Notes under the pieces: model-generated
Databases searched by the model: none
What the model was told of the DNA's origin: nothing
Seen by the model: the letters and a program-made list of their open reading frames with translations, nothing else
In this document: piece by piece, positions 30,937 through 41,347 of the stretch
How the letters are laid out: each line of letters starts with the position of its first letter
Numbering within the stretch: the first letter of the stretch is position 1
Source: Halobacteriovoraceae bacterium
GTDB lineage: Bacteria > Bdellovibrionota > Bacteriovoracia > Bacteriovoracales > Bacteriovoracaceae
Direction of reading: 5' to 3'
DNA: 64,000 nucleotides
Assembly: GCA_963719505.1 (NCBI GenBank)
Contig: CAVRCF010000003.1
Coordinates: 64,001 to 128,000, forward strand
Translations under genes and position numbers: made by a program

Positions 30937-32273
30937 ACAATGAACTAAAACAAAACCTTGAAAAGATAATTGAATTTGCAAAGAAAAACGGTGCTGATAG
31001 TGCGGATGCTATTCTCAACACGGGAACATCATTCTCAGTGAGTGCTCAAGACGGTGAGATCGATAAGTATAAACTCTCAGGATCTTCAGTTATTGGAATC
31101 AGAACTATAAAAGACAATAAAGTTGGGCTGTCCTACACAGAGGCGATGGACAATGAATCTTTAGAGTTTGCAGCAAAAGCAGCTATCGAAAATGCCATAA
31201 ACACTGATGTTGATGAATATCAAAAGATTAGTATAAAGTCAGATGGTGATCTTATTTCTGAAAGTAAATTTAAAAAAGAAGATATTTCAACTCAGGAGAA
31301 AATTGATTTTTGTCTCAAACTTGAAAGCGAAGTTCAAAAAAGAGACAAACGAGTTCAAGCCGTTCCTTACAATGGTTTGAGCGAGGGAGAATCAGCCACT
31401 TACTATTTAAATAGTCTCGGTACTTTCGGATTTGATACTGAGTATTACACCAGCTGTTACACATCAGCTTTAATTCACGAAGGCTCAGACAATTCAATGC
31501 ACTACCACAGCTCCATGGGCCGAAAGCTGGCCGATCTAAATTTAGAAGAGTGTGTTGAAGAGAGTTTACTTCACGCATCAAACTGGTTAGGTGCCCAGCC
31601 GATTAAAACAGGTGCTTACGATATTATTTTTACCGAAGACTCCTTGCAAACAGTTCTAGGAAGCTTTGGAAATATGTTCTCTGCCAAAGCAGCTATTGAA
31701 AAAACAAATCCGTTTGCCGGAAAACTTGGAGATAAGGTTGCCGTGGAGGAGCTATCGATAACCGATATGCCTCGCTATGAAAAAGCTTTCTTTCATTATG
31801 AATTTGATAGTGAAGGAGTCAAACGAGAAGATTTACAATTAATTGAAAATGGAAAACTAAATTCTTTCTACCACAATAGTGCAACAGCCAATTTTTATAA
31901 AACACAAACGACAGGTCATGCCTCAAGAGGACCAAAAAGTGCAATGGGAACTGGGGGGACGACTAAAGTTATCCAGCCTGGTAAAACGAGTGATAGTACG
32001 ATAACGAATGGGGAGTACCTTGAAATTCATTCTCTCCAGGGAATTCATTCGGGCGCGAACGCGATCTCGGGAGAGTTTTCTTTTGGTGCATCTGGATACC
32101 TTTGTCGAGATGGAAAACGCATAACTCCGGTTAAGGGGATTACAGTGGCAGGAAACTTTCATCGAATGTTATTGAACATCAAAGCAATCGGTGACAAGAT
32201 TTACGCAACTGGTGATAGAGGATTTTTTTCACCTAAAATTAGATTTAATCAGATTAGCATTGCAGGAAATTAA
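30933..32273 (+). CDS. pmbA: PmbA/TldE partner protein
   Basis: FDSEG, TGHA, SGEFS, GITVAGN; lacks HExxxH; overlaps tldD stop. Confidence 0.85.
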   Translation: MNNELKQNLEKIIEFAKKNGADSADAILNTGTSFSVSAQDGEIDKYKLSGSSVIGIRTIKDNKVGLSYTEAMDNESLEFAAKAAIENAINTDVDEYQKISIKSDGDLISESKFKKEDISTQEKIDFCLKLESEVQKRDKRVQAVPYNGLSEGESATYYLNSLGTFGFDTEYYTSCYTSALIHEGSDNSMHYHSSMGRKLADLNLEECVEESLLHASNWLGAQPIKTGAYDIIFTEDSLQTVLGSFGNMFSAKAAIEKTNPFAGKLGDKVAVEELSITDMPRYEKAFFHYEFDSEGVKREDLQLIENGKLNSFYHNSATANFYKTQTTGHASRGPKSAMGTGGTTKVIQPGKTSDSTITNGEYLEIHSLQGIHSGANAISGEFSFGASGYLCRDGKRITPVKGITVAGNFHRMLLNIKAIGDKIYATGDRGFFSPKIRFNQISIAGN

Positions 32274-32795
32274 ATGAAGTCATGGAAAGTTAAAATAATT
32301 GCTCTACTTGTTATCACCTCTTTGGGTTTTCTTACCTATTATATTTGTTATCAGTTTTCGGTCTCCTCAGGGAAAAGAGTTGGGAACCTAACAAAGATAT
32401 CTAAAAAGGGAAAAGTATTTAAAACCTGGGAAGGAACTATTGATGAGGGAAGTGGAGACCAATTGACGTCGTTATTCTCTGTGAGAAATGATGAGTTGGG
32501 TGAACAGCTTTATGAGTTTGAAGGCAAGCAAGTCGTCATTTATTATGAGGAGTACCTCGTCGGATGGCCTTGGGATACGAAGTACAATGTAACCTCATGG
32601 AAGACTCAGGATGTGATGAAAGTTAATGAGGTGGGTGGCTCTTCAGAAAAACTAGTCGACTATATGGGGAAGACACTTTTTTGTTCTGTTTTAGGAACTC
32701 TTTTGACAGATGAACAGCTGTATAAAAAAGTGAAAGAACATGTAAAAAATAATAATATTTATCTTTATGAGCAATTCTCTAAATGTAATGAATAA
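32274..32795 (+). CDS. Conserved membrane-anchored hypothetical protein
   Basis: N-terminal TM; 'SSGKRVGNLTKISKKGKVFKTWEG' motif. Confidence 0.7.
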   Translation: MKSWKVKIIALLVITSLGFLTYYICYQFSVSSGKRVGNLTKISKKGKVFKTWEGTIDEGSGDQLTSLFSVRNDELGEQLYEFEGKQVVIYYEEYLVGWPWDTKYNVTSWKTQDVMKVNEVGGSSEKLVDYMGKTLFCSVLGTLLTDEQLYKKVKEHVKNNNIYLYEQFSKCNE

Positions 32796-33546
32796 AGTCT
32801 TTTTAATTATTGGGCTCACAAAAGAATCTCGTCATTGGGATAATGATTTCGTTGATAACCTAAAATTACTTTTCAAGGTCGATGAAGTCATTGGAATAGA
32901 TCTTCCGGGGTCTGGAATTCTTAGTGAGAAACAAAGTCCACTGAGCATGAAGGAAATCGTCAAGATCTCAAGAGACTCAATAGAGTCTAAGCTTGGCGGT
33001 GACAACAATCTGTTGATATCAATTTCTCTTGGAGGAATGGTTGCAACTGAGTGGATAAAACTCTACCCCAAAGACTTTCAAAAACTGGTCATTATCAATT
33101 CTAGTTTTAAAAACTTTAGTCCTGTTTATAAAAGAGTCCAGCCCTATGCAATAAGAGAGTTTCTAAGAGTCTTTAAAGAAAGGGATTTAAAGCAAAGAGA
33201 ATCTTTGGCTTTGAGTTTATGTAGTAATAATCCCGCTCCCTTTGATAAGACCTTAGAAAAATGGCATCAAATTGCAATTGATAAACCGATGAGAAGATCA
33301 GACATGCTTAAACAGACGATAGCGGGAGCTCGCTTTAGTCTCAACTTCACCCCTTCTATTCCAGCTCTCATTATTGCTTCTCGACATGATCGTTTGGCGC
33401 ATTTTTCATGTTCAGAAAATATTCAAAAGTCTTGGAAGAAAGACTATTTCTTATTTGAAGATGAAAAAGTTGGTCACGCCGCTCACGTGGATGCACCAAA
33501 AGAGTTGGCGACGAAAATTTATCAATGGTCTCAAAATGCTCGTTAA
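32788..33546 (+). CDS. Alpha/beta hydrolase
   Basis: DLPGSG, SISLGG nucleophile elbow, HDRL, GH; start at 32788 overlaps the upstream stop. Confidence 0.8.
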   Translation: MNKVFLIIGLTKESRHWDNDFVDNLKLLFKVDEVIGIDLPGSGILSEKQSPLSMKEIVKISRDSIESKLGGDNNLLISISLGGMVATEWIKLYPKDFQKLVIINSSFKNFSPVYKRVQPYAIREFLRVFKERDLKQRESLALSLCSNNPAPFDKTLEKWHQIAIDKPMRRSDMLKQTIAGARFSLNFTPSIPALIIASRHDRLAHFSCSENIQKSWKKDYFLFEDEKVGHAAHVDAPKELATKIYQWSQNAR

Positions 33547-34840
33547 TTTTAAAGCAGTAAAAAGTTTAACCTATTTCTCTATTCCTATTATCTTTGGACA
33601 AATCGGCGTTATGCTCATTTCAGCTGGAGATATGTATGTGGCTGCGGCACATTCCACTCTTTCTGTTGGAGCTATAGGTGTGGCAACGGGAGTTTTTAAT
33701 CCGGTCTTTCTTTTTGGTATAGGTCTTATGATGGGTCTCTCTCCCGCATTAGCGATCGAAAGAGGAACGGGTAAAAATATAGAACAGCATTTTTCTAGTG
33801 CTATTGTCTTTGCTCTATTAGCTGGAATTGTTTTATGTGGCGTTATGCTTTTAGTGAATGAATTTGTTCCTATGATGGGAATTGAGCCCGAGATGATTCC
33901 CTTTATTCAAAAATATAATAAAGTTATCGCTTGGTCATTTCCATTAGCTTTTGTTTTTCAAGCTGTTAAAGAATTTCTTCAATCTTTTGAAGATGTATTT
34001 TTTGCTAACCTTATCTCTATTGTTGCTGTGTTTGTGAACTTGGGACTTAATTATTTTTTTGTTTTTGGTCTCGACAATTTTCGTGGTTTTGGCTTTGATG
34101 GATTAGCGTATGCAAGTTTTTCAATTCGCGTTTTTCTCATGCTTACTCTTTTGGTTTACGCTCGAAAGTATTTTAAAAATTCTAGGATCGACTTTGAGTT
34201 TATAAAAAGAACTTTTAAATTTAGCTTACCAATCGCTTCGATGTTTTTTATTGAAGTTTTAGCCTTTTGTGTGGTGGCCATCTTGGCTGGCGGAATGGGG
34301 GTAGGAGTTTCTGCTGCCAATTCAATTATCACAAATGTTGCATCGATCACCTTTATGGTGCCTTTATCAATATCAAGTGCCGTGAGTGTAAAAGTCGGAG
34401 CCAAATTTGGAGAGGGCGACAATAGAGGGGTTAAGGACTATGCTTTTTCATCTCTTTTTATGTCGACTCTTTTTATGGTTTTTTCGGCAACGCTCTATGT
34501 CCTTTTTCCAGAGTCTTTAATGAGACTAGTAACAGATGATCCTTATGTTGTAGAAATAGGTGTCGGTATTCTTTTTATTGTAGCAATCTTTCAAATCGCT
34601 GATGGTTTGCAAATAACGCTGGGCGGGATTCTTAGAGGATTGGCCATGACAAAAGAGCCTTTTATAAGTATTTTAGTAGGTTACTGGGTCCTTGGTATTC
34701 CTTTTGGTGTGTATCTCGCTTTTGAGAAATCTATGAACGCTCAAGGGCTGTGGATAGGCCTTGCAGTTTCTTTAACAATTGTTGCATTATTCATGGGGCT
34801 GATTTTTAGAAAACGCCTAGTCAGCCTTCAAAGTCAGTGA
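33536..34840 (+). CDS. MATE family efflux transporter (NorM-like)
   Basis: About 12 TM; IPII.GQ, FQIADGLQ, GLWIGL; likely start MLVNF at 33536. Confidence 0.9.
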   Translation: MLVNFKAVKSLTYFSIPIIFGQIGVMLISAGDMYVAAAHSTLSVGAIGVATGVFNPVFLFGIGLMMGLSPALAIERGTGKNIEQHFSSAIVFALLAGIVLCGVMLLVNEFVPMMGIEPEMIPFIQKYNKVIAWSFPLAFVFQAVKEFLQSFEDVFFANLISIVAVFVNLGLNYFFVFGLDNFRGFGFDGLAYASFSIRVFLMLTLLVYARKYFKNSRIDFEFIKRTFKFSLPIASMFFIEVLAFCVVAILAGGMGVGVSAANSIITNVASITFMVPLSISSAVSVKVGAKFGEGDNRGVKDYAFSSLFMSTLFMVFSATLYVLFPESLMRLVTDDPYVVEIGVGILFIVAIFQIADGLQITLGGILRGLAMTKEPFISILVGYWVLGIPFGVYLAFEKSMNAQGLWIGLAVSLTIVALFMGLIFRKRLVSLQSQ

Positions 34841-34901
34841 CTTCGGAAGCTACTTCTGTTAAAAATAATTCATATCGTTAAATTTTATATGAGAGGTTCA
34901 T

Positions 34902-35954
34902 TTGGAAAATGATCAAGATAAAGTAACTGAAATTAAAGAAGAGCTTTTAAGTCTTGGGCAGTACAATAGAGCTGTTTCTGCTGAGTTACCCAAAGAGCTT
35001 TTTAAAAGACAGCCGTGGCGCTTAGCTTATGGTGTTCTTTTCTTTGGCGGTGTTCTCTCTATTATTTACGTTCTTTTGAATTTTAACCTGATTTGGCCTT
35101 TTAAATTATTGCTCTCAATTGCTATGGGTGTTCTCATTGGTGGTGGGGCATTTTTATCTCATGAAGTTATGCATGGTGCGGTTGTTAAAAATAAAAAGCT
35201 ACAAAACTTTATTGGATTTTTTGGCTTTGCTCCTTACCTCATTTCTCCAAGCTACTGGCGGTTTTGGCACAATAATCTTCATCACGGAAATACGCAGCTC
35301 CTTTATAAAGACCCTGATGCATTTCCAACGAAAATGATTTGGAAAAGAAGTAAGTTTATGAAGTGGGCTTACCCTTTTACTCCAGGATCTGGACATAAGA
35401 GAAGCTTCCTTTATTTCTTTTGGTGGTTCTCTTTTCAGGCCATTTTAAATCAAGTTTATATGAGATTTGGCAATAAGATGTGGGCAAAAATGGATCATCG
35501 AAAAGTAACTTTAGAGTTCACATTAGCTGTGAGTTTAGCTTTGGTTTATTTAGCTTTTATCGGTGTAAACAATTGGATGTGGTTGGCCGTAATACCTTTT
35601 ATGGTTCAAAACTACACAGTCATGAGTTATATTTCTACAAATCATAACTTGAGTCCTTATACAAAGATAAATGATCCATTAATGAATTCGTTGTCAGTGA
35701 CAAATAGTCCTATAATGGAATTTGTGAATCTAAATTTTGGTTATCATACTGAGCATCATCTTTTCCCAAGCATGCCAATGAGTAGTGCTAAAAAGGTGAG
35801 TGAAAAGCTCAAGAATATGTATCCCGAAAGATACAAAATTATGCCCAAGCACAGAGCGATGAAGTTATTGTACTCGACTCCTAGGCTATATAAAAATAGA
35901 GATATTCTGGTCAATCCAAAGACAAACGAAGAATTTAGAACTCTAGGGCGCTAA
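34902..35954 (+). CDS. Membrane fatty acid desaturase
   Basis: Three His boxes HEVMH, HNNLHH, HTEHH. Confidence 0.9.
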   Translation: MENDQDKVTEIKEELLSLGQYNRAVSAELPKELFKRQPWRLAYGVLFFGGVLSIIYVLLNFNLIWPFKLLLSIAMGVLIGGGAFLSHEVMHGAVVKNKKLQNFIGFFGFAPYLISPSYWRFWHNNLHHGNTQLLYKDPDAFPTKMIWKRSKFMKWAYPFTPGSGHKRSFLYFFWWFSFQAILNQVYMRFGNKMWAKMDHRKVTLEFTLAVSLALVYLAFIGVNNWMWLAVIPFMVQNYTVMSYISTNHNLSPYTKINDPLMNSLSVTNSPIMEFVNLNFGYHTEHHLFPSMPMSSAKKVSEKLKNMYPERYKIMPKHRAMKLLYSTPRLYKNRDILVNPKTNEEFRTLGR

Positions 35955-36097
35955 CACAACCTTAACAGAATTAATTATTTTAAGCATTTACATAATGTAG
36001 CTCTCGCGATTACATAGAAGCGTTGAATTTCAAAGTCTGGATAGACTTGTCAGTTTTTGACATGGATGAATTTCAATTAACCAAGGGACGGTCTTTC

Positions 36098-36997
36098 GTG
36101 AAAAATCTATTATTGCTTCTTTTATTAATTTCATTCTCAGCTTCAGCTGGTTTAAAGATCTCGTCTTATAATATAAGAAATTATGATAAAAGTAGTGAGC
36201 GAACAAACAAAGCTGCTTTAAAGAATATTATCCAAGGCCTCAATTCTGATCTCATTGGAACAGAAGAAATCTATAATAATAATTCATTTGAAAAATTTGT
36301 CTCCAAAGAATTTCCATCTTATAAGTTAGCACTTTCTAAGTGTGGTGGTGGCGGCAGTCAGAACCTGGGGTTCATGTATAAAGATGAAGTGTTGGAGCTT
36401 GAAGACCTTATTGAAGATCCAAAAATAGCTGACCTTGATAGTATTTCCTCTTACGGTTGTAGTTCACTTAGACCCGCACTATTAGGTTTCTTTAAAGTAA
36501 AAGCCACGGGTGAGAAATTTGTGGCCATTGTTCTTCATTTAAAAGCTGGAAGTGGAACAAGAAACTACGAAAAAAGACGCAAGCAATACCGATACATATT
36601 AAAAATGATGAGAAACCTCAAACTTGCAGGCCATAAAGATGTTGTTGTTTTAGGTGACTTAAACACAACGGGATGGAATAAAAGCGATGCTAAATCGACA
36701 GATGCTGACCACCTGAACTTTGAAGACCTATTATCAAAATCTGGAACCAGAACAATTACAGACCATTTAAAATGTACTTCTTATTGGTCTGGACCTAACC
36801 GTCATGACGATATTGAAATTCCCTCAACACTAGATCACCTTCTTGTTACATCAGACTTTATGGGAATGAAGCTTGATCGTGCTGAAGTTGGCTCACATTG
36901 TAAAAAAGTGAACTGTATCGAGACTTATGACAGTGAACTAGGAAAAAGTTACAGCAATGTAAGTGACCATTGTCCAATATCTGCGACTTTCAAATAG
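36098..36997 (+). CDS. Secreted endonuclease/exonuclease/phosphatase (DNase I-like)
   Basis: GTG start with signal peptide; SYNI, EE, HLKAG, GDLN, LDH, SDHCP. Confidence 0.85.
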   Translation: MKNLLLLLLLISFSASAGLKISSYNIRNYDKSSERTNKAALKNIIQGLNSDLIGTEEIYNNNSFEKFVSKEFPSYKLALSKCGGGGSQNLGFMYKDEVLELEDLIEDPKIADLDSISSYGCSSLRPALLGFFKVKATGEKFVAIVLHLKAGSGTRNYEKRRKQYRYILKMMRNLKLAGHKDVVVLGDLNTTGWNKSDAKSTDADHLNFEDLLSKSGTRTITDHLKCTSYWSGPNRHDDIEIPSTLDHLLVTSDFMGMKLDRAEVGSHCKKVNCIETYDSELGKSYSNVSDHCPISATFK

Positions 36998-37000
36998 ACA

Positions 37001-37645
37001 ATGTCTTTTGGTAAAGACTACTGGGACCATAATTATTCAAGTCCAAAAACAATGGATGGAATTGGAAATGCAAAGGACCATGTCAAATATCTTAAAGCCT
37101 TTTTAGAGCTAGAGCTGGTTGATGTTTCAAGTATCATCGACTTAGGCTTTGGCTATGGCTACATGTTTCAAAAAATGATGAAAGCTTTTGTGCCCTATAA
37201 AGCTTGTGGCATTGAACCCTCAAAGCATGCTTTTGATAAAGCTAGGGCCAGAAAACTAAAACCTGTTGAATCGACAAAACTCACTCTTTATAATGAATCA
37301 ATCCAAGACTGGTGTCGTCGAGCGCAGTCAAACTCCGTGCGATTTGATCTGGGACTATGTAACTCCGTTTTCCAGTACGTCGATGAAGAAGACTTAAATT
37401 TTATCCTTCCTATTTTGGCCTCTAGAATAAAGTATCTTTATCTGAGTGTTCCCACCGATAAAGAGCTCGATAGGCAAATTGAGGAGCTAGAGTTCAACGA
37501 CACCTATGCTTTGCGTCGATCGAGAGAATTTTACCGTGAAATTATTGGCAAGCATTTTACCAATATTTCGAGTAAACTATGGGAGAGTAAATCCTACTTT
37601 GATGAGGATTCTACTTTTTTTACAGATCTACTATATAGAAGTTAA
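37001..37645 (+). CDS. Class I SAM-dependent methyltransferase
   Basis: IIDLGFGYG motif I, GIEPS, FDL..CNSVFQY. Confidence 0.75.
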   Translation: MSFGKDYWDHNYSSPKTMDGIGNAKDHVKYLKAFLELELVDVSSIIDLGFGYGYMFQKMMKAFVPYKACGIEPSKHAFDKARARKLKPVESTKLTLYNESIQDWCRRAQSNSVRFDLGLCNSVFQYVDEEDLNFILPILASRIKYLYLSVPTDKELDRQIEELEFNDTYALRRSREFYREIIGKHFTNISSKLWESKSYFDEDSTFFTDLLYRS

Positions 37646-37657
37646 TCGGGGGATACG

Positions 37658-38854
37658 TTGAGCGTAATTTCAGACAGAGCAAATAATCTTCAAGAATCAG
37701 TTACGATAAAAATGGCTGCGTTAGCAACAGAGCTAAAAGATAAAGGGCAAGACGTCATTAGCCTCACTTTAGGTGAACCTGATTTTAATATTCCTGACTT
37801 TATCAAAGAGGCTGCAAAAAAAGCTATCGATGATAATTATTCCCACTACACTCCAGTTCCAGGACTTAAGGAATTAAGAGTCGCGATTGTAGAAAAACTA
37901 AAAAGAGATAACGGTATCGATTATACATTTGATCAAGTGATTGTAAGCACAGGTGCAAAACAATCATTGATGAATGTCGTCCTCTCAGTGGTTAATCCTG
38001 GTGATGAGGTTATACTTCCTGCACCTTACTGGGTGAGCTATATTGAAATGGTTAAATTTGCTGAGGGGAACCCAGTCATTATTGAGTCAACTGTCGATAC
38101 GGGATTTAAAATCACAAAAGCTCAGCTTGAGAATGCTATTAGTGATAAGACAAAAGCTTTTATTTTTTCAAATCCTTGTAACCCTTCTGGAGGAGCTTAC
38201 TCTAAAGAAGAGCTTGCTGATCTTGCGAGCGTTTTCGAAAAGTTCCCTAATTGTGTGATTGTCTCAGACGAAATCTATGAGTATATAAATTTTTCTGGTC
38301 ATAATACGAGTATGGCAAGTTTTGAGAAAATTAAAGAGCAAGTTGTGACGGTTAACGGAGTCTCAAAGGGCTTCGCTATGACGGGGTGGAGAATAGGTTA
38401 TATTGCAGCTCCAAAAGAGATTGCAAAAGCTTGTAATAAGATTCAAGGCCAATTCACATCTGGAGCAAATGCAGTTGCACAAGTTGCGGCGATTACGGCA
38501 CTTAATGGTGGTCAAGAAAAAGTCTCTTTTATGAAAGATGAATTTCTTAAGCGAAGAGACTTAATGTTTTCACTTCTTAGCGAAGTGAAGCATCTTAAAG
38601 TAAGACAGCCCGAGGGAGCATTTTATCTTTTTCCAGATGTCTCTAGTTTTTATGGCTGTGAATTTAGAGGAAGCAAAATTAATAATTCAGAAGATATTTG
38701 CTCATTTTTAATTGAAGAAGCCCTGGTTGTCACAACACCTGGTGGCGCTTTTGGAAGTCCTGACTGTATCAGACTCTCGTATGCGACGGATGAAAAAACG
38801 TTAACGGAAGCTGCGAGACGAATGAAGTCAGCATTTGAGAAATTAAAGTCTTAA
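37658..38854 (+). CDS. Aspartate aminotransferase (PLP class I)
   Basis: GEPDF, GAKQ, NPCNPSG, SDEIY, SKGFAMTGWRIG. Confidence 0.92.
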   Translation: MSVISDRANNLQESVTIKMAALATELKDKGQDVISLTLGEPDFNIPDFIKEAAKKAIDDNYSHYTPVPGLKELRVAIVEKLKRDNGIDYTFDQVIVSTGAKQSLMNVVLSVVNPGDEVILPAPYWVSYIEMVKFAEGNPVIIESTVDTGFKITKAQLENAISDKTKAFIFSNPCNPSGGAYSKEELADLASVFEKFPNCVIVSDEIYEYINFSGHNTSMASFEKIKEQVVTVNGVSKGFAMTGWRIGYIAAPKEIAKACNKIQGQFTSGANAVAQVAAITALNGGQEKVSFMKDEFLKRRDLMFSLLSEVKHLKVRQPEGAFYLFPDVSSFYGCEFRGSKINNSEDICSFLIEEALVVTTPGGAFGSPDCIRLSYATDEKTLTEAARRMKSAFEKLKS

Positions 38855-39846
38855 TTAAATCGACCGGCCAATATCTCTGCAACAGAACTTGTGATAGTAA
38901 ATCTGCTGCAGATGATTTTTAAAGCAACAGTTATCGGTACACTTAAAAACATTCCAGGTACTCCCCAAATAAATCCCCAAAAGGCGAGAAAGAGTAAGAT
39001 CGTCACAGGATGAAGATCCATACTTTCTCCAAACATCTTTGGCTCAATAATATTACCTGCGATAGTCTGTAGTGTGCCTGTAACCACTAAAACAAAGACT
39101 GTTTGCCAGCCTAATCCAAACTGCAATAAAAGAACAGGTAGGGGTACGATAACAGCGATAACGGATCCTATATTAGGAATGAAGTTCAAGAAAATAACGA
39201 GAACAGTAAACATTAGCGCCAAATCTAGACCCGCGATAAGAAAAGTTATATAGCTTAGAAGGCCCGTGGCCAAAGAGAGCAGAACCTTTCCAGCGGCGTA
39301 CTTGGCAATAACAGATTTTATTTCCTCAAAAGTTTTAAGTTCTCTTTTGCTCATACTCTCACCTGTGAGGAGAAAAAGAGTAATAATAATAATGAGAATC
39401 GTGTTTGAGAATACTCCAACGATACTGCTGGTAAAGCTCTTCACAAAAGAGAAGATAGGTAGTTCCTGAAGCTTTCCTTTGAGGTCATATTGTTGGGTAT
39501 CAACACCGTAATTTTGGGCCCTTTGTTCAATATAGCTTACTGCGTTTTGAACTTTTCCTTTGTATTGATCAGCTCCCTCAATAAATGAATCAATAGAGCT
39601 TGATGTTAAAAAGGTCACAGCAAAAAAACCAACGACAAAAACAGTAACCGTAATAAGGAGGGAAACATTATGGTGGAGTTTAAACTTCGATTGGAGCCAT
39701 AACATTGCTCTGGAAATGATGAGATAAAGAAAGGTGGAAAAGACAAACGGGATCATCACCGACTTGGTGAAGGTGAGGACTGCTGCCGTGGCATAAACAG
39801 TCAAAATTAGAATACAAATAGTGCTTATCTTTTGATACTTTTCCAT
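38851..39846 (-). CDS. AI-2E family transporter
   Basis: LNFIPNIG, GNIIEPK..G.SMDLHP, WG..WG.PGM.LSVP. Confidence 0.88.
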   Translation of the reverse strand: MEKYQKISTICILILTVYATAAVLTFTKSVMIPFVFSTFLYLIISRAMLWLQSKFKLHHNVSLLITVTVFVVGFFAVTFLTSSSIDSFIEGADQYKGKVQNAVSYIEQRAQNYGVDTQQYDLKGKLQELPIFSFVKSFTSSIVGVFSNTILIIIITLFLLTGESMSKRELKTFEEIKSVIAKYAAGKVLLSLATGLLSYITFLIAGLDLALMFTVLVIFLNFIPNIGSVIAVIVPLPVLLLQFGLGWQTVFVLVVTGTLQTIAGNIIEPKMFGESMDLHPVTILLFLAFWGFIWGVPGMFLSVPITVALKIICSRFTITSSVAEILAGRFN

Positions 39847-39874
39847 AGAGAAATACTAGCAAGAAGAATACAAA

Positions 39875-41347
39875 ATGATAAAACATACTTTAAAGACATT
39901 TCTTTTTTTATATCTCTTTGTTAAATACAAGAAATCTTTAAAAAAGGGACAGAGCGAAAAAGCGGCATTAAAACTTGCGGACTTTATCACCAAAGAAAGA
40001 GGTGTTTTTCTCAAAATGTGCCAATATTTAGGAACGAATAAGAAGCATCATGTCATCATCAAAAATCTTAGCTTCCAAAAAATTGAACTTTTAAGCACTT
40101 CAGAAATTGAGCTTGTCTTAAAACATTCAAAAGTGACCTTGCCTCAAGAGACAATAGTAGGAGAGTGCTTGGCAAGTGCTTCGATTGGGCAAGTCAACGC
40201 GATTGAAATCGACGGGGCAAAAGTTATTAAAGTAAAATTCCCTGGTCTTGATAAACAGATAAAGCACCAACAAACTCTTTTAAAGATTTTGCCAAAAAAA
40301 GTAATCAAAAGAAAAACCAAAATTGACCTGGATGATTATAGTCATATGATTGGGTCACTGCTGAGCAAAGAATGTGACTTTGCTTTCGAATTAAAAATGC
40401 AAGAAGAAGTTTCGAGCATTTTTCCAGGAAATAATCATTTTAAAGTTCCAAAAGTTTATGCTCAATTTAGTTGTAAAGAATTTATTATTAGTGAAAGGCT
40501 AGAGCCTGTTCAAAGCCAAGTTGTTGCTCAAAATGCCAAAGCTTACTGTGAAAACTTGGCCTTTACTTATCTCTACCTCTTTGAGTCTGGATATGCTCAA
40601 GGCGATAGTAATCATGGAAATTTTCTTTTCCTTTCAGATAATAAAATTGGGGTTATAGACTTTGGCCAGTTCTATCGATTTTCACAAGAGTTCATTGGCG
40701 CTTTAGTGTCACTGATTTATAAGCTCAGGGGACAAGAGCAGTTTGATGACTTTGATTATTATAAAGCGATGGGCTTTAAACCAGAGGTGTTAGAGTTAAT
40801 TCGACCTCATTTAAGAATGTTGAGTCTCATCTTATTTGAACCCTTTCTTGTTAATAAAAGCTTCAATCTTTTGACGTGGGATTATGTGACTAAAATCAAC
40901 TCCATCCTAGGCCAAAAAAAATGGCTCTTTAGAAGTGCTGGTGGAGAGGAGTTCTTTATGATTATAAAGTCATTTGTTGGGCTCAAAAACTTGATTATAA
41001 AACAAGAATCCCTTGTTAATTGGTACCAAGTCTTTGACGAGGTTTTTTACGGTACAAATTGGAGATCATTTGAACCTGAAAAGAGCTTTGGTGTTCCCAC
41101 CAATCAAGCCCAGTGGATAAAAATATTAGTTAAGGAAAATAATAAAACTAAAAGTGAACATAAGTTTTCACTTGGTGAAGTTTTTCAAATTGAAAATCAT
41201 CTCCCAAGCTCTTTAACAGATGAGCTTATTCTCAAAGGTATTGATCTCAGGGCCATCTGCACTGAGGCTTTAAAGTCGGGTTCGTCGCCTTGTGAACTTA
41301 TTGACTTTGAAATAGAGGGAAAAAAATACTTTATCTCAATGATCTAA
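39875..41347 (+). CDS. ABC1/UbiB atypical kinase family protein
   Basis: KMCQ, ASASIGQV, KVKFPG, E.DF..E, D..HGN, IDFG. Confidence 0.8.
   Translation: MIKHTLKTFLFLYLFVKYKKSLKKGQSEKAALKLADFITKERGVFLKMCQYLGTNKKHHVIIKNLSFQKIELLSTSEIELVLKHSKVTLPQETIVGECLASASIGQVNAIEIDGAKVIKVKFPGLDKQIKHQQTLLKILPKKVIKRKTKIDLDDYSHMIGSLLSKECDFAFELKMQEEVSSIFPGNNHFKVPKVYAQFSCKEFIISERLEPVQSQVVAQNAKAYCENLAFTYLYLFESGYAQGDSNHGNFLFLSDNKIGVIDFGQFYRFSQEFIGALVSLIYKLRGQEQFDDFDYYKAMGFKPEVLELIRPHLRMLSLILFEPFLVNKSFNLLTWDYVTKINSILGQKKWLFRSAGGEEFFMIIKSFVGLKNLIIKQESLVNWYQVFDEVFYGTNWRSFEPEKSFGVPTNQAQWIKILVKENNKTKSEHKFSLGEVFQIENHLPSSLTDELILKGIDLRAICTEALKSGSSPCELIDFEIEGKKYFISMI

Noticed and set aside
34902-35954. Desaturase as part of the lipid cluster
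   Set aside because: Lies about 13 kb away with unrelated genes between; no shared regulatory motif seen
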